A stretch of 63,147 nt of DNA, filler included, from Octopus bimaculoides (GCF_001194135.2; 5 parts of 4 records of this genome joined end to end with filler, not necessarily neighbours in it); one strand, 5' to 3'. Shown: positions 39,772-51,791, counted from the first letter of the whole stretch. Program-made: numbers and translations. The notes: generated from the letters alone by a model not told the origin.

Positions 39772-40944
39772 TCAAGAAGATGGTTTCAATTTTAAACAAC
39801 AGAAAGTCTTTCGCAGTAATACAACAACTTCATTGCGGAATCGAAAGTTGAATATGCCATAAATAAATGGATTAATCATGTTATTTAAGTAGAAAGAACG
39901 CAGTGCAATCTCAAAGAGGGCGCTGTTAGTCGGATTTAGTGTCTCTTTAAACTCGGGCTTTCTGCTTAATATTAAAACTGAAGCTAAATGAGGGATGTAA
40001 CTTAATACCCAAGTGAGAGTCACAAAGAACATAATTAAAGTTGTTCGTGTCATGTTCATGAAGGAAGTTGGCTCTCTTCTAGATGTCTGTGTATTTGAAC
40101 GAACACGAAATGTTTCCTTCTCCAAAGTAAAACCTTTTGCTTTTGACTTCTGTATCTTGTCAATACGGCGGTTTTCTTTGATGTAGTCATTACTGTCGGT
40201 CATCTCTCTTGAATTGTCATCATGACTAACAGACTTCACTTTCATGGAGTCACCCAACGATATTCTTTGCTTTTTGTAGCGGCACAATTTTATTGCAATC
40301 AAACAGTAAATTGTACTGAATGTTATTAACAGAAGTAAACATATGGACATGAGAAGGATTAGAAAACCAGAGGAAACGCTCTTGTGAGCTTTCTCTGATA
40401 TGGAGCAAATGGAGCCGTTCAAGTAAGTTCCTGGTATTGTAAAGTGTTTGGTTCCATAAACATAAAAGCTTGGCAATGAAAGAACTGTTGCAAAGATGAT
40501 GACAACAGCTGAAATGATTCCAACCTGGCGTCGAGAGAATTGTTTCTTCAAAGGCAAACATACTTTCTTGAAGCGGTCTATAGAAATGGCGAAGACAATG
40601 ACTCCAGAAGTGATGGATAAATCCATGACAAAGAATCTTATAACACGACATGCAGGATCACTTTCAAATACATATGGATGTGTAAGGATAGAAATATCCA
40701 TAGGTATACATATTAAACTGGCAAGGAAATCACAGAAGCTTAGTATGACAACAAACAGATTGGCTGGTGTTGGCCTCAGTTTGTAATGGTAAATGTAACT
40801 GACAAAGGCATTGCCAATAACACCCATTATCATGGCGACGCCCAGATAAATAATGGCAAGTAGAAAATCGTGAACCTTTTCTTTACTGATTCTTAACAGT
40901 TGTTGTTCATCAGTAAGATCGTTGAAGCTGCTGGTTGTACTCAT
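39772..40944 (-). CDS. Class A (rhodopsin-like) GPCR, 390 aa, single coding exon, orphan (peptide-receptor-like / molluscan expanded family)
   Basis: Intact ORF with 7 hydrophobic segments: GN (TM1), LSFCD (TM2), C3.25 (DPAC), DRF (TM3), ECL2 Cys, SYIP (TM6), NPFIY (TM7), helix 8 FRNEV and CC palmitoylation site. In-frame TAA 9 nt upstream fixes the start. Ligand cannot be assigned from sequence. Confidence 0.95.
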   Translation of the reverse strand: MSTTSSFNDLTDEQQLLRISKEKVHDFLLAIIYLGVAMIMGVIGNAFVSYIYHYKLRPTPANLFVVILSFCDFLASLICIPMDISILTHPYVFESDPACRVIRFFVMDLSITSGVIVFAISIDRFKKVCLPLKKQFSRRQVGIISAVVIIFATVLSLPSFYVYGTKHFTIPGTYLNGSICSISEKAHKSVSSGFLILLMSICLLLLITFSTIYCLIAIKLCRYKKQRISLGDSMKVKSVSHDDNSREMTDSNDYIKENRRIDKIQKSKAKGFTLEKETFRVRSNTQTSRREPTSFMNMTRTTLIMFFVTLTWVLSYIPHLASVLILSRKPEFKETLNPTNSALFEIALRSFYLNNMINPFIYGIFNFRFRNEVVVLLRKTFCCLKLKPSS

Positions 40945-40988
40945 GATTGTTTAGGGATAATGTCTCATAAAGCAGTTGCGTCAGTTAC

Positions 40989-41006
40989 CTAGAAAAGAGG
41001 AATATA
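40989..41006 (-). promoter_or_regulatory. Putative 3' splice acceptor of a 5'UTR intron of the GPCR
   Basis: Minus strand tatattcctcttttctag lies 44 nt upstream of the ATG, preceded by a ttaat branch-like motif. Confidence 0.6.
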
Positions 41007-41599
41007 GCTTTGTAATTAACAGCATTAAATACAGATAAACGGCAACCAAAAAAAAAAAAGAAAGAAAAAGAAATCAGTTACAGTCAAGTTTCTAACATGA
41101 AGCAGCTGGCCAAACCAACAGTGTGTGACACTATTAAATGGAGAATAAGTAGTTTATAAAAAAAGAAAGGAAAATAGCTTATATCTGTCGCCAAGCAAAC
41201 ATTATATACATGACAAGACACTTAAGATCTGCAAGCACAGTGCATGTGGCTGGCAAGAGTAAGTCCAACTCACTGTTGCATGTAACAGGTACATTGTATA
41301 ATTAACAAGAGTTATGTTAGCTTGCTATGTTGTCTTTCTTTTATAGCTGAGTAGACAATAGCTCATGTGGTCTCCCCATGGGGACACAGAAATCAACCAG
41401 ATTAGCAGGAGTTCAATAGCAACTGAACATACACTTAATGGTATGAAATAGTAATTATGAACAATGACAAGCAGTTCAAATACATTAATGGGTTAATATA
41501 GTATGTCCCATCCCACCCTCTCTCTTTTTCTCTCCCACACCCTCTCTCGTTTATGTATGAATGTGTGTATGCGCGTGAGCGTGTGTGTGTGTGTGTGTA

Positions 41600-41624
41600 C
41601 AGTAGTGGCCAAAAGTTTGGAACA
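41600..41624 (+). mobile_element. Solitary Tc1-type TIR
   Basis: TA + cagtagtggccaaaagtttggaaca, a typical Tc1 terminus; no partner TIR found. Confidence 0.5.
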
Positions 41625-41683
41625 TTTTTTTTTGTTATGCCCAAGTACAATTCGATTCCAAATAGGTACAACATAGAGATATA

Positions 41684-42570
41684 CAAGAGGGTACCCCAAA
41701 GAAGCTGGAATTTTATATTATTTTATTCACTTAGTTTTACATGTTTACACACTTATTGCCTTCAAAGTATTTTCCATTTGAAGCTACGCATTGGTCCGAA
41801 CGCATTTTCCACTGTTCAAAGCATTCCTGGAAATCTTGTGAAGTGATGCCTTTTAATGTTATCACCATTTTCTCCTTCACCTCTTCTACATCTGCAAAGC
41901 GTTTTCCTTTAAGGTTTTTTTTCATTCTGAGGAACGAACAATGTCGCAGGAAGCAAGATCGGGTGGATAANNNNNNNNNNNNNNNNNNNNNNNNNNNNNN
42001 NNNNNNNNNNNNNNNNNNCTTATACTCAAGATGGTGTGCACAGGCCCACTGTCGTGATTAAACCACTGCTCTCCACTTTGCCACAAGTCAGAGTATTTTC
42101 ATCTCACTGTGTCTCACAAAAGCTTCAGAACTGCCAAGTAAAATGTCTTCTGGTTAATGGCATGACCAGGAGGAACAAATTCAGTGTAGACAATTCCTTT
42201 TGCATCAGTGAAACAAACCAGCATCGTCTTGACATTGGACTTCACTTGACATGCTTTTTGGGGGGCATGGTGACATTAAATGCTTCCACTGACTTGATTG
42301 CTGCTCCATTTCCAGATCATAGCCATAGTACCACCTTTTGCCACTAGTGTTGACCTTTGAATAAAGGTTTGGATCAACTTACAACTGTTCTTTCAGCTCA
42401 TGACATGTATTCAGTTGTAACAGCTTTTGATCTTCCTTGAGCAAGCGAGGCACAAATTTTTCTGGAACTCTTTCCATTCACAATTCCTTGCTCAAAATTC
42501 GCTGGCAGGAGCTCCAGGACACACCAGTCATATCAACAAATTCATCAATTGTTCAGTGATGATCCTCCAA
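41684..42570 (-). mobile_element. Decayed mariner transposon, 5'-truncated
   Basis: MTGVSWSSCQRILSKEL..KFVPRLL, PEMEQQSSQWK, KGIVYTEFVPPG and C-terminal MKKNLKGKRFADVEEVK..CVASNGKYFEG. TA + TIR-like caagagggtaccccaaa at 41682-41700. Confidence 0.9.
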
Positions 42571-43462
42571 GATGTATGTGTGTGTGTGTGTGTATATATT
42601 ATATGCATGCATATATATATATATATATAAATTCGAAAAAGACAAAAAACAACAACGCGAGGACGTGATACAGATTGTGTTACTGGACGCTCGGGAAAGG
42701 AAAGAAAGAGAATTTGACGTTTCCAGCGGAGCTCTGTATGAATATATAAATACATGTCTGTCTGTATATCTATCTATCTAACTGTTTGTCTGTGTATGTG
42801 TGAATTATACAGCACTAAAGTGACCCAGTATAGCAAATAAAAGATGCATACAATAGTAAACATTTGACATTGTGCAAATAATAGTAAATCTCTCTATAAA
42901 GAGCTCTCTAAATACACAACTTCCACTATCCTTTGTCAACATGTATTTGCTAATATATCCTAGTTAAGGCCATTTCTTTTCGTTAACACTAATATTTTTA
43001 CCATTCACACTTATTCTACCAATATTTTAAAGAATGGTATCAATGCTACAACTCATTTTCTCAATACAACTAGGCTTTTACAATTTCATGCCTATCAAAA
43101 GAAGACTAGAAAACATTTTGATTTTGATTCTGTAGTACACAGTGTAAGGGGAATATTCAGCAATTGATCACTATATCCAATGTCATGAATCACTAGAATG
43201 ATGCCTACGTGAAACCTATAAAATCTGACCAATCACGGCTTTGCCAAGAACTGGCTCCAGCAATAATTCCACTGAGTGGATGTTATAACGATCCAACCTT
43301 TTGAGGATAACAACACTACAACTGGCAATCATACAGTGCAAATAGAAACCTTCTATTGATGCCTTCGGAATATAACAATATCTGTAAGAGCAACAACCAT
43401 TGTCAAAAGAGAGACACAACAGTGGCAAAAGACTGCTTTACATGTATGTATATATATATATA

Positions 43463-43496
<34 letters not shown>

Positions 43497-45945
43497 AACA
43501 TTATATTATATTTATATTATGATATTTACTTTGCTTTATATTATACTCATTTATTGTGCTTTTAATTGTTAATTTTTCTATATGTGATAGTGGATTTTCA
43601 TCGATGAGTTCTTGAAACTTGGTTATTTTCCCTAAAACTATATATTTTATATATATTTTATCTGTAAAGCTCAATTTAATTTAAATTTTTATAAATTGAT
43701 TTTAATTGAGTTTTTACCTGTAATTTTGGATTTTGTCCCTAATATTATTATTATATAAACATACATATATATATATTTATATACAAGCATATATATTATG
43801 TATGTATGCCAAAATAGACAGTGAAGCCTGGTGCAGTCTTCTGCCTAACCAGCCCCTGTCATGCTGTCCAACTCATGCCAGCATAGAAAACAGAAGTTAT
43901 ATTATGAGGGTGATGCTGTATGTATGTTTATACATAATCTTTGATTATAGGTAATTGACTTCAAACTCTAGCCTTGTTAATTAGTTTAAATATTATTTTC
44001 GTTTTTTTTTCTACTTTAGGCACAAGGCCCGGAATTTTAGGGATGGGGTCAGTCGATTAGATAGACTCCAGTAAGTAACTAGTATTTGATTTATCGATGC
44101 CGAAAGGATGAAAGGCAAAGTTGACCTCGGCGGAATTTCAACTCAGGACATAAAAACAGACGAAACACTGCAACTAGGTTAAATATTGAGTCAGCCATCC
44201 TAATAACTCAGTCAAGCTTGACCAGGTCTTCCTTAGCTTAATGCTTGGCAAAGGATGGGCTGATGTTTTTTGGCTTTTTCAGTAGTCCTCGTCATAGTGA
44301 GGCGTGACATAATGGATTATCATTTTTGTGCTTTTAGTGCTGAGCGGAAACACATTTAAGGTGTAGACGTCACTATTCATGCTCTCGGGTTGGTGTCAGT
44401 GTTCAACCCAACCCTGAAGGAAATTAAAGAGATTGTAACTCTAAGGAATGCTCATGAAGGTATGGCATTCTGACATCATCATCATCGTCGTCGTCGTCAT
44501 TTAATGATGAAGGGTCGTTCTTTATGTTGTTTGTCTTGTTTTCCATTTGTGTCTTTCATAGTTCAAAAAAATAGTTCATATTCCATGTACTCGTACTTCA
44601 TATTTTATTGTTGTACACGTTTCATGATGTCCTGTGCCCACATATGCATATATNNNNNNNNNNNNNNNNNNNNNNNNNNNNNNNNNNNNNNNNNNNNNNN
44701 NNNNNNNNNNNNNNNNNNNNNNNNNNNNNNNNNNNNNNNNNNNNNNNNNNNNNNNNNNNNNNNNNNNNNNNNNNNNNNNNNNNNNNNNNNNNNNNNNNNN
44801 NNNNNNNNNNNNNNNNNNNNNNNNNNNNNNNNNNNNNNNNNNNNNNNNNNNNNNNNNNNNNNNNNNNNNNNNNNNNNNNNNNNNNNNNNNNNNNNNNNNN
44901 NNNNNNNNNNNNNNNNNNNNNNNNNNNNNNNNNNNNNNNNNNNNNNNNNNNNNNNNNNNNNNNNNNNNNNNNNNNNNNNNNNNNNNNNNNNNNNNNNNNN
45001 NNNNNNNNNNNNNNNNNNNNNNNNNNNNNNNNNNNNNNNNNNNNNNNNNNNNNNNNNNNNNNNNNNNNNNNNNNNNNNNNNNNTTTCTAATATAATGTGA
45101 CTACGAAACACGCGTAGTCAATACTTTACCTTCTATTTCATAAATTTTAATGGATTTTATACTTTTCTTTTAGATTTTATAGATTTTTAAATTAGTATTT
45201 TGTAGAGTATGCTTTTCTGGATGGTGATTGGCCTCCTTCATTGTTTGAATTGTATATCAGTGGTTCTTCTCTAAAATATATATATATATATTTGTGTCTG
45301 AGTTTGTCCCTCCACAATTTCTTGACAACCAATGTTGGTGTGTTTACGTCCTCATAACTTAGCAATTCGGCAAAAGAGACTGATAGACTAAGTACTAGGC
45401 TTACAAAACTAAGTCCTGGGATCGATTTGTTTGACTAAAGGCGGTGCTCCAGCATGGCCCCAGTCAAATGACTGAAACAAATAAGAGTAGAAGAGTATAT
45501 ATATGTATGTGTGTGTATATATNNNNNNNNNNATGAATCAAATACACAAAAGCACAGAGACATATAGTTTTGTATTTGTACATATGTATATATATATATA
45601 TATATATATCCATATATGTGTGTGTGTGTATGTGCATAACAAATCTGATTTTTACACAGATTTTCCATTTCTATGGGAGCCACATTGAAAGAGAATACAT
45701 GCATGCTCTTTGCACCCTACTTGAATTGTATGGTTTTGATGTGTGTATGTGCATGTGTGTGTTTGTGTGTATGCAAAACTAAATGCTTAAGGAGTGTAGT
45801 CTGAAACTTCTCACAGTGAATGAGTTTGTATATATTTTTTCAGGTCACAATAAGTGTCTGTTTGTCTGTGTACCTCTCACTCTCTTTGTATATATATATA
45901 TACATATATCATTGTCATCATCATTTAACATCCGATACACATACA

Positions 45946-45976
<31 letters not shown>

Positions 45977-45980
<4 letters not shown>

Positions 45981-46255
45981 TTCTATATTTAAGAGATGAG
46001 GAATTATGTACATTATTTACATTTGACGGATATTTGTCCTCATCTTGTTTGATATACCCTTCAGCCTTATTCAGGTGTCTTGGGGAAATTTTGAACCTGG
46101 GTTCTCATTTCTAAGGTATTTTTCGATGTTGTTATTATTATTATTATTGTTAGTGTTCAGGTCACTGCTTGGAATCGAACTCGGAATCTTGGGGTTAGTA
46201 GCCCATGCTCTTAACCACTATACCATATGCCCGTGGGCAATTATGGAGTGAATTT
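45977..46255 (-). mobile_element. tRNA-head + hammerhead repeat, copy with half the ribozyme deleted
   Basis: Collinear with 58441-58711; lacks 23 nt (gttgttaacacaacgtttcggct) at 46050/46051. Confidence 0.85.
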
Positions 46256-46330
46256 TTTTTTCTTCTAAATATGCGGGAAAATATGGACATCATGATTCGG
46301 ACAAAAATTTTAAAACATTTCTGTACTTAC

Positions 46331-46376
46331 GGTTATGGTTAGGGTTTTAGGGTTATGGTTAGGGTTTTAGGGTTAG
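46331..46376 (+). repeat. Degenerate TTAGGG-like repeat (2.3 x ggttatggttagggttttag)
   Basis: Directly visible; embedded in an unclassified repeat of about 300 bp. Confidence 0.7.
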
Positions 46377-46641
46377 TGTTGGGTGAAAAAGTCAAAATTG
46401 AAGAAGTTGGGGGAAAAAAGGGGGGGAAATTTCACAATGCCAATGTCTGGCAATTTTCTGGAACCTCCGTATCCGAATACAGTGATTTTTGGCAAAAAAA
46501 AATTACAAAAATAAACAAATTTGGGAGAAAATGGGGGCGGGGGACAGGTAGAAGTTTTTCCGTTAATTTTAAAGTTTAAGATCTCCATAAGTGTGTGTGT
46601 GTGTATGTGTGTGTGTGTGCATACAAAAAAATATATGTAAG

Positions 46642-46687
<46 letters not shown>

Positions 46688-47324
46688 GGTGACTCTTTAA
46701 TATGCTTGGTTGCTTCTCTTGTCATTAATCTGTCTCTACTTTGAACATTTTTGTTGTTTGTGATCTAACAATTCAGTTCCTAAATTTATTTAGCTACTCC
46801 AATTGGCATTTTCATGTTTCACTGCTCTCCACATTCTTGCCGGCACCTATTTTCTCTCTCGTCCCCTCCACATCTACCTGGTATGTAATAGCTTTCAGCA
46901 TTCTTGCCTACATCTATTCACACCCTTCTCTGCACCTACCATTGCTGTAGTGAATTCACTAATTAAACCAACCTTATTCTACACTGAACTCATCGTTCTT
47001 GTCCACGCCTAACTATATCCTTCCCTACTATATATATATATATATATGTCATCTTGTTTGTATATATGCAACTGACCTCAATCTTGTTACTCTCTTAAAT
47101 CAATGTTGTAGTTTCTCTTACATTGTATACAACTTTGTTAGCACTCCTTCATTTCTTTCATTCTCTGCTTTCCATTCTTGTATCCACCTTCCACTCCTTT
47201 GATGCTCTGTTTTCCATCTTGCATCACCTTCCACTCCTTTCATTTTTTTTCTTTCCATTCTTGCATCCAAAATTAATCCTTTCTACTAAAGCACAAAGCT
47301 TGATTTTTATCTGTGGCAAATAAA

Positions 47325-47580
47325 ATCCCAGGGCTCAACTTGTTCTTATTTTACCCCAGTAAAACCAACCCCAGGGCTCAACTTGTTCTTATTTTACCCC
47401 AGTAAAATCAACCCCAGGGCTCAACTTGTTCGTATTTTACCCCAGTAAAACCAACCCCAGGGCTCAACTTGTTCTTATTTTACCCCAGTAAAAACCAACC
47501 CCAGGGCTCAACTTGTTCTTATTTTACCCCAGTAAAAATCAACCCCAGGGCTCATCTAGTTCTTATTTTATCAACTCCCC
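47325..47580. repeat. 43-44 bp minisatellite, ~5.7 copies
   Basis: Unit ccagggctcaacttgttcttattttaccccagtaaaaccaacc, head-to-tail with no spacers. Confidence 0.95.
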
Positions 47581-47871
47581 CCAAAAAGTCTTGCATCTAA
47601 AATAATAAAATGACTACTTTTAGGCAATGATCACTCAGCTGTTGTTTTAAATATGTGGTGTGATTATCTTGTTTATCAATGCTGCTGTTGTATTTACTAC
47701 AAACACATACAGTATGAAACATCACTCTTATTCAAGAGGATTGGTAAGATGTCGGTAAATGGCAGTGAAGTTAGTAGTACAAAGAAGGTAAAGAGTTTAC
47801 ACTGGACAATAAACATGTCTTTCAAAGATACAGATGAAAAGAAATTTTGCCATATTAGCTTTTAGTTTTTA

Positions 47872-48270
47872 GCTTTTAGCATTCAGAATATTCTATCAAA
47901 TGTAATGCTTATTTATTCACATTGTTTTGAATTAACCCTGCATTATCTTCTGCCTTTGAGATTTCAATTAGGTGACTGTTTTGTATGAGGAATTGTTTTG
48001 TAGGTTTTGTACGAGAGGCCATATCTGGCCAGTTTGAACATAAAATAGGTAGAATATTTTGGTCTGGATATGATCAAACATTCAAATTACTTTGTTGTAT
48101 GTAATGCTTATTTATAGACATTGTTTCGAATTAACCCTGCATTATCTTGTAGCTTTGGGATTTTGGTGATGGGATTGTTTATTTTTAGAATGACATTGTA
48201 GATTAGGTGTGATAGGCCAGAAACAGAATATTTTGGTCTGGATATGGACAGTTTAAATGTTAAAGGGTTA
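47872..48270. mobile_element. piggyBac-type MITE with internal tandem duplication
   Basis: tttagcattcagaat start and tgttaaagggttaa end. The segment aatgcttatttat..gaattaaccctgcattatctt occurs twice (about 47905 and 48103). Confidence 0.75.
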
Positions 48271-48469
48271 ATGTTTGTAATGTTAATAGTAAAAGAGTTG
48301 AAACAATACAAACAATAAAGATACAATTAATTCAAGTGTTCAAGTTGATATTCTGTTAAGTACCCAGTCATTCATTGTTTTGTTTTTTATTCAACTATCT
48401 GTTATCATGCTTAATATTGAAGAGCTCTTGAGTAGATCAAGGACCAAACTGGATGAAATCTAATGATGA

Positions 48470-48805
48470 ACACATTGGCCATTCAAGAGATAATTTGCTG
48501 AAAGAAAAAAAAGTCTTTACTGGTTTTTAAAGGTTGCTTTGAAAGATTTAAAGGGTACTAAAATGACAATTGAAGCTGCTATTCTGATACTGAAGCTGCT
48601 GCAAATTACCCTGAGAAACTGAAGAAAGTGGTCACTGACAAAGACTACAGACCAGAATAAGTGCATGCGTTGATGAAACTGAGCTTTTCTAGAAGTGCAG
48701 AGCTGCTAAGACTTTTATTTCTTGCAAAGGAAATCAGTAGCAGGCTTTAAGGCTTTCAAAAGACATCTGATGTTTCTTCTGGGAATAAATGCTTTGTCTG
48801 AATAC
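48470..48805 (+). mobile_element. Tigger/pogo transposase fragment
   Basis: SDTEAAANYPEKLKKVVTDKDYRPE..DETELF..KTFIS..SVAGFKAFKRHLMFLLGINA matches the Tigger DETGLFW..GFKA.KDRLTLLLG.NA segment. Confidence 0.85.
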
Positions 48806-48984
48806 TTTTATTTCTTTTCTCTCACACATCCTGAGCTTCTGTCATCCTTTTGTCATTACTTTTTCCCCCTGAACCACATAGACTTCTGTCACTGCCCTGC
48901 CATCTCAATCATATTCACTTGAGTATTTACACCTGTCTCAAAAACAATGGATATTCCCGTCACTCCCCCCTCCCATCCCATGCA

Positions 48985-49232
48985 GTCACCCATGCATACC
49001 AGCTTCCCCTCTCCACACCATCAATGTTATCCAAGGGAAAGGCAAAGGCCAATACAGCTCGGCACCAGTGATGTCGCAACTCATTTCTACAGATGAGTAA
49101 CGGGACCAGCATGAAATAAAGTCTTGCTCAAGAACACAACACACAGTCCAGTCAGGGAATTGAACTCACAACCATATGATTGTAAGCCTGATGCTCTAAC
49201 CACTGAACCATGTGCTTTCACGTTTACATACC
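48985..49232 (-). mobile_element. tRNA-derived SINE family E
   Basis: Minus strand tggttcagtggttagagc (A box) ... gagttcaattcc (B box), then gtgttcttgagcaagacttta. Confidence 0.65.
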
Positions 49233-49616
49233 CATGCACATTCATATATGCACATGCAGAAATATGTTTGTATAGATAGAAAAAGAGAGAGAGAGAGAGA
49301 AAGAAAGAAAGAGTGTCTGTAAGAGCAAGAATGCAGTCATACAAACTCTTCCCAAACAATGTCTTAATTTTCTCTCTAAATATGCTGCCTTTGCAATCTG
49401 AAATATTTCACACCTTTGATCCTCATGTCTTAAAACAATGAACAATGGTAAACTTCTTGTTACTCTTCCCAGATATACCTGATGTCTTGTTTTTCCTCTT
49501 GCAAGCTGGTACTGCTGCTCTTTGCTGCCCCCTTTTCATCAGTCATTCCAAGCCTGTTTCTAATCCTTTAGGACTCCTTCTACAGAAGTTTTCCATTATT
49601 GTGTCACCCTTTAATT

Positions 49617-49813
49617 CAGGGGTTCTCAACCAATGTCCATATGGCTCCAAAGGATCCATATAAAATTTTGGAGGCTCAACACAACAAAATAATAAATTGA
49701 GGATCCACAATATTATTTTAAGGATCCCTGAAAAAAATTTAATTTTAGATGTATGTATTGGTACGTATTACAAGAAACAGGATCCATAGATAAAATATGA
49801 TTGAGAACCCCTG
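49617..49813. mobile_element. hAT (Buster/Charlie-type) MITE, complete
   Basis: Perfect 13-bp TIRs caggggttctcaa / ttgagaacccctg; 8-bp TSD ctttaatt / ctttaggt (6/8, central TA); ggatcc subterminal repeats. Confidence 0.88.
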
Positions 49814-50224
49814 CTTTAGGTGGTTGGGACAGGTTAGATCTGTTGCCCTCGGTAGGTTTAGCAAACAGAAATCTCAGTTGTCCTCTACATTATTATTTTC
49901 TATCTCCTCCCCTGCTTTGTCATATGAACTGATTAATATGTTTTTAAACCTGTTATCTGTTTGCTCTTTCCATTTCCTTGACATCCTTCTGCAGATTGTC
50001 TTCTGTGCATGTGTGTGTGTTTATGAATGAACAGATGGATGGATGGATGTTTGTATGTATATATGTTTGTATATAAAAAGTTGGCTTTGAAAAAAAAAAA
50101 CCATCAGAATCATCTGTTTGTAGTAGTGGAACCATAAAGCAGCCGTTAAAATAGACAAGGATGTTATCACTTATAACCATGCCTACTTCATATCTACACT
50201 GAGTATATATTCAATTAGTCAAAT

Positions 50225-51300
50225 GAGACCAAAAGATTCACAGTCAATGGTAGAAACATAAACGATCTAAGATATGCAGATGATTCAGTGTTATTTGGCA
50301 GACAGTAATGAGAAGTTACAAGATATTGTTGATGTTGTAACAGAAGCAATAAGGTGTAAAATATGAATGTAAAAATGACAAACACAATGGTTATTAGTAA
50401 GGCATAACAAAAGCAAGTAAATATAGGAATAGATGGACTGAAGCTGGGACAAGCAAAAAAAAAAAAAAATTCAAGTATTTATGACAAATAACAAATGAAG
50501 AAAGTTGCTAAAAAGAAATTATTCAAAGAATTGTTGTTGGCACTCCGTCGCTTACGGCGTCGAGGGTTCCAGTTGATCCGATCAACGGAACAGCCTGCTT
50601 GTGAAATTAACGTGCAAGTGGCTGAGCACTCCACAGACACCATGTACCCTTAACGTAGTTCTCGGAGATATTCAGCGTGACACAGTGTGACAAGGCTGAC
50701 CCTTTGAATTACAGGCACAACAGAAACAGGAAGTAAGAGTGAGAGAAAGTTGTGGTGGAAGAGTACAGCAGGGTTCGCCACCATCCCCTGCCGGAGCCTC
50801 GTGGAGCTTTAGGTGTTTTCGCTCAATAAACACTCACAACGCCCGGTCTGGGAATCGAAACCGCGATCCTATGACCGCGAGTCCGCTGCCCTAACCACTG
50901 GGCCATTGTGCCTCCACATTCAAAGAATAAATATGACTAAACCAACATTTATAAGAATGAAAACAATCTTCACCTCAAGAAACAACATTACACATGAAAT
51001 TGAGGCGAGTAAAACTTATATTAAACGGATCGTAATGTATGGAGAAGAAATTTGGACAATGTGCAGAGCAATGGAAAAGGAGATGGAAGTCTTTGAAATT
51101 GGGATTTTTCACAGAATAAGCTGATAAGATAGGACAACACCGTAGCACTAGAAAAGCTGAAAGTTCAAAGACGCCTAATGTTGAGAATCAAGTCTCCAAA
51201 GATATCCTGTTTCAGTTATACAATGTACCAGAAGAAGTTATTGCTTGGGACCATCCTGACAGGAAGAATGAAGGGGAAGAGAGCAAGATGATGTCAAAGA
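50225..51300 (+). mobile_element. RTE-clade LINE RT C-terminal fragment interrupted by SINE C
   Basis: VNGRNINDLRYADDSVL..SNEKLQDIVD before the SINE; RINMTKPTFIRMKTIFTS..VMYGEEIWTMCRAMEKEMEVFEI after it. Confidence 0.85.
50532..50917 (-). mobile_element. SINE family C, full-length with 11-bp TSD
   Basis: Head gtggaggcacaatggcccagtggttagggcagcggactcgcggtc..ggtttcgattcc; tail gagtgccaacaaca; TSD attcaaagaat at 50521-50531 and 50918-50928. Confidence 0.93.
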
Positions 51301-51429
51301 TGTTTGTGGTGTGATGACATCAAAGAAACAGGACTTTGCTGATTGTATATGTAGAGCACAATACAGATGGAAGTAAAAAGTCTTAGTAAGCCAACCTTTG
51401 CATATAGGAAGACCACTTGGCTGATGACT

Positions 51430-51478
<49 letters not shown>

Positions 51479-51491
51479 CTGTATACTTTGG

Positions 51492-51526
<35 letters not shown>

Positions 51527-51711
51527 CAATATATATCTAATTCTATACAATATATACATATGTAATACTGTACATTTCGGATAATATATATATATATATA
51601 TAATATAATACAATATACATCTAATTCTATACAATATATATACATACATACATATATATATATATATATGATATACACCTAATATAACATATATATATAA
51701 TATATATACCT

Positions 51712-51742
<31 letters not shown>

Positions 51743-51749
51743 CTATCTA

Positions 51750-51791
<42 letters not shown>

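Noticed and set aside
40250-40786. Overlapping ORFs 40250-40651 and 40496-40786
   Set aside because: Alternative-frame or antisense shadows of the GPCR with no recognisable motifs.
46331-46376. Interstitial telomere
   Set aside because: Only three exact TTAGGG hexamers, within 20-bp units inside a probable mobile element.
47325-47580. CRISPR-like array of ~43-bp repeats
   Set aside because: Units are contiguous with no unique spacers, there are no cas genes, and the context is eukaryotic: a minisatellite.
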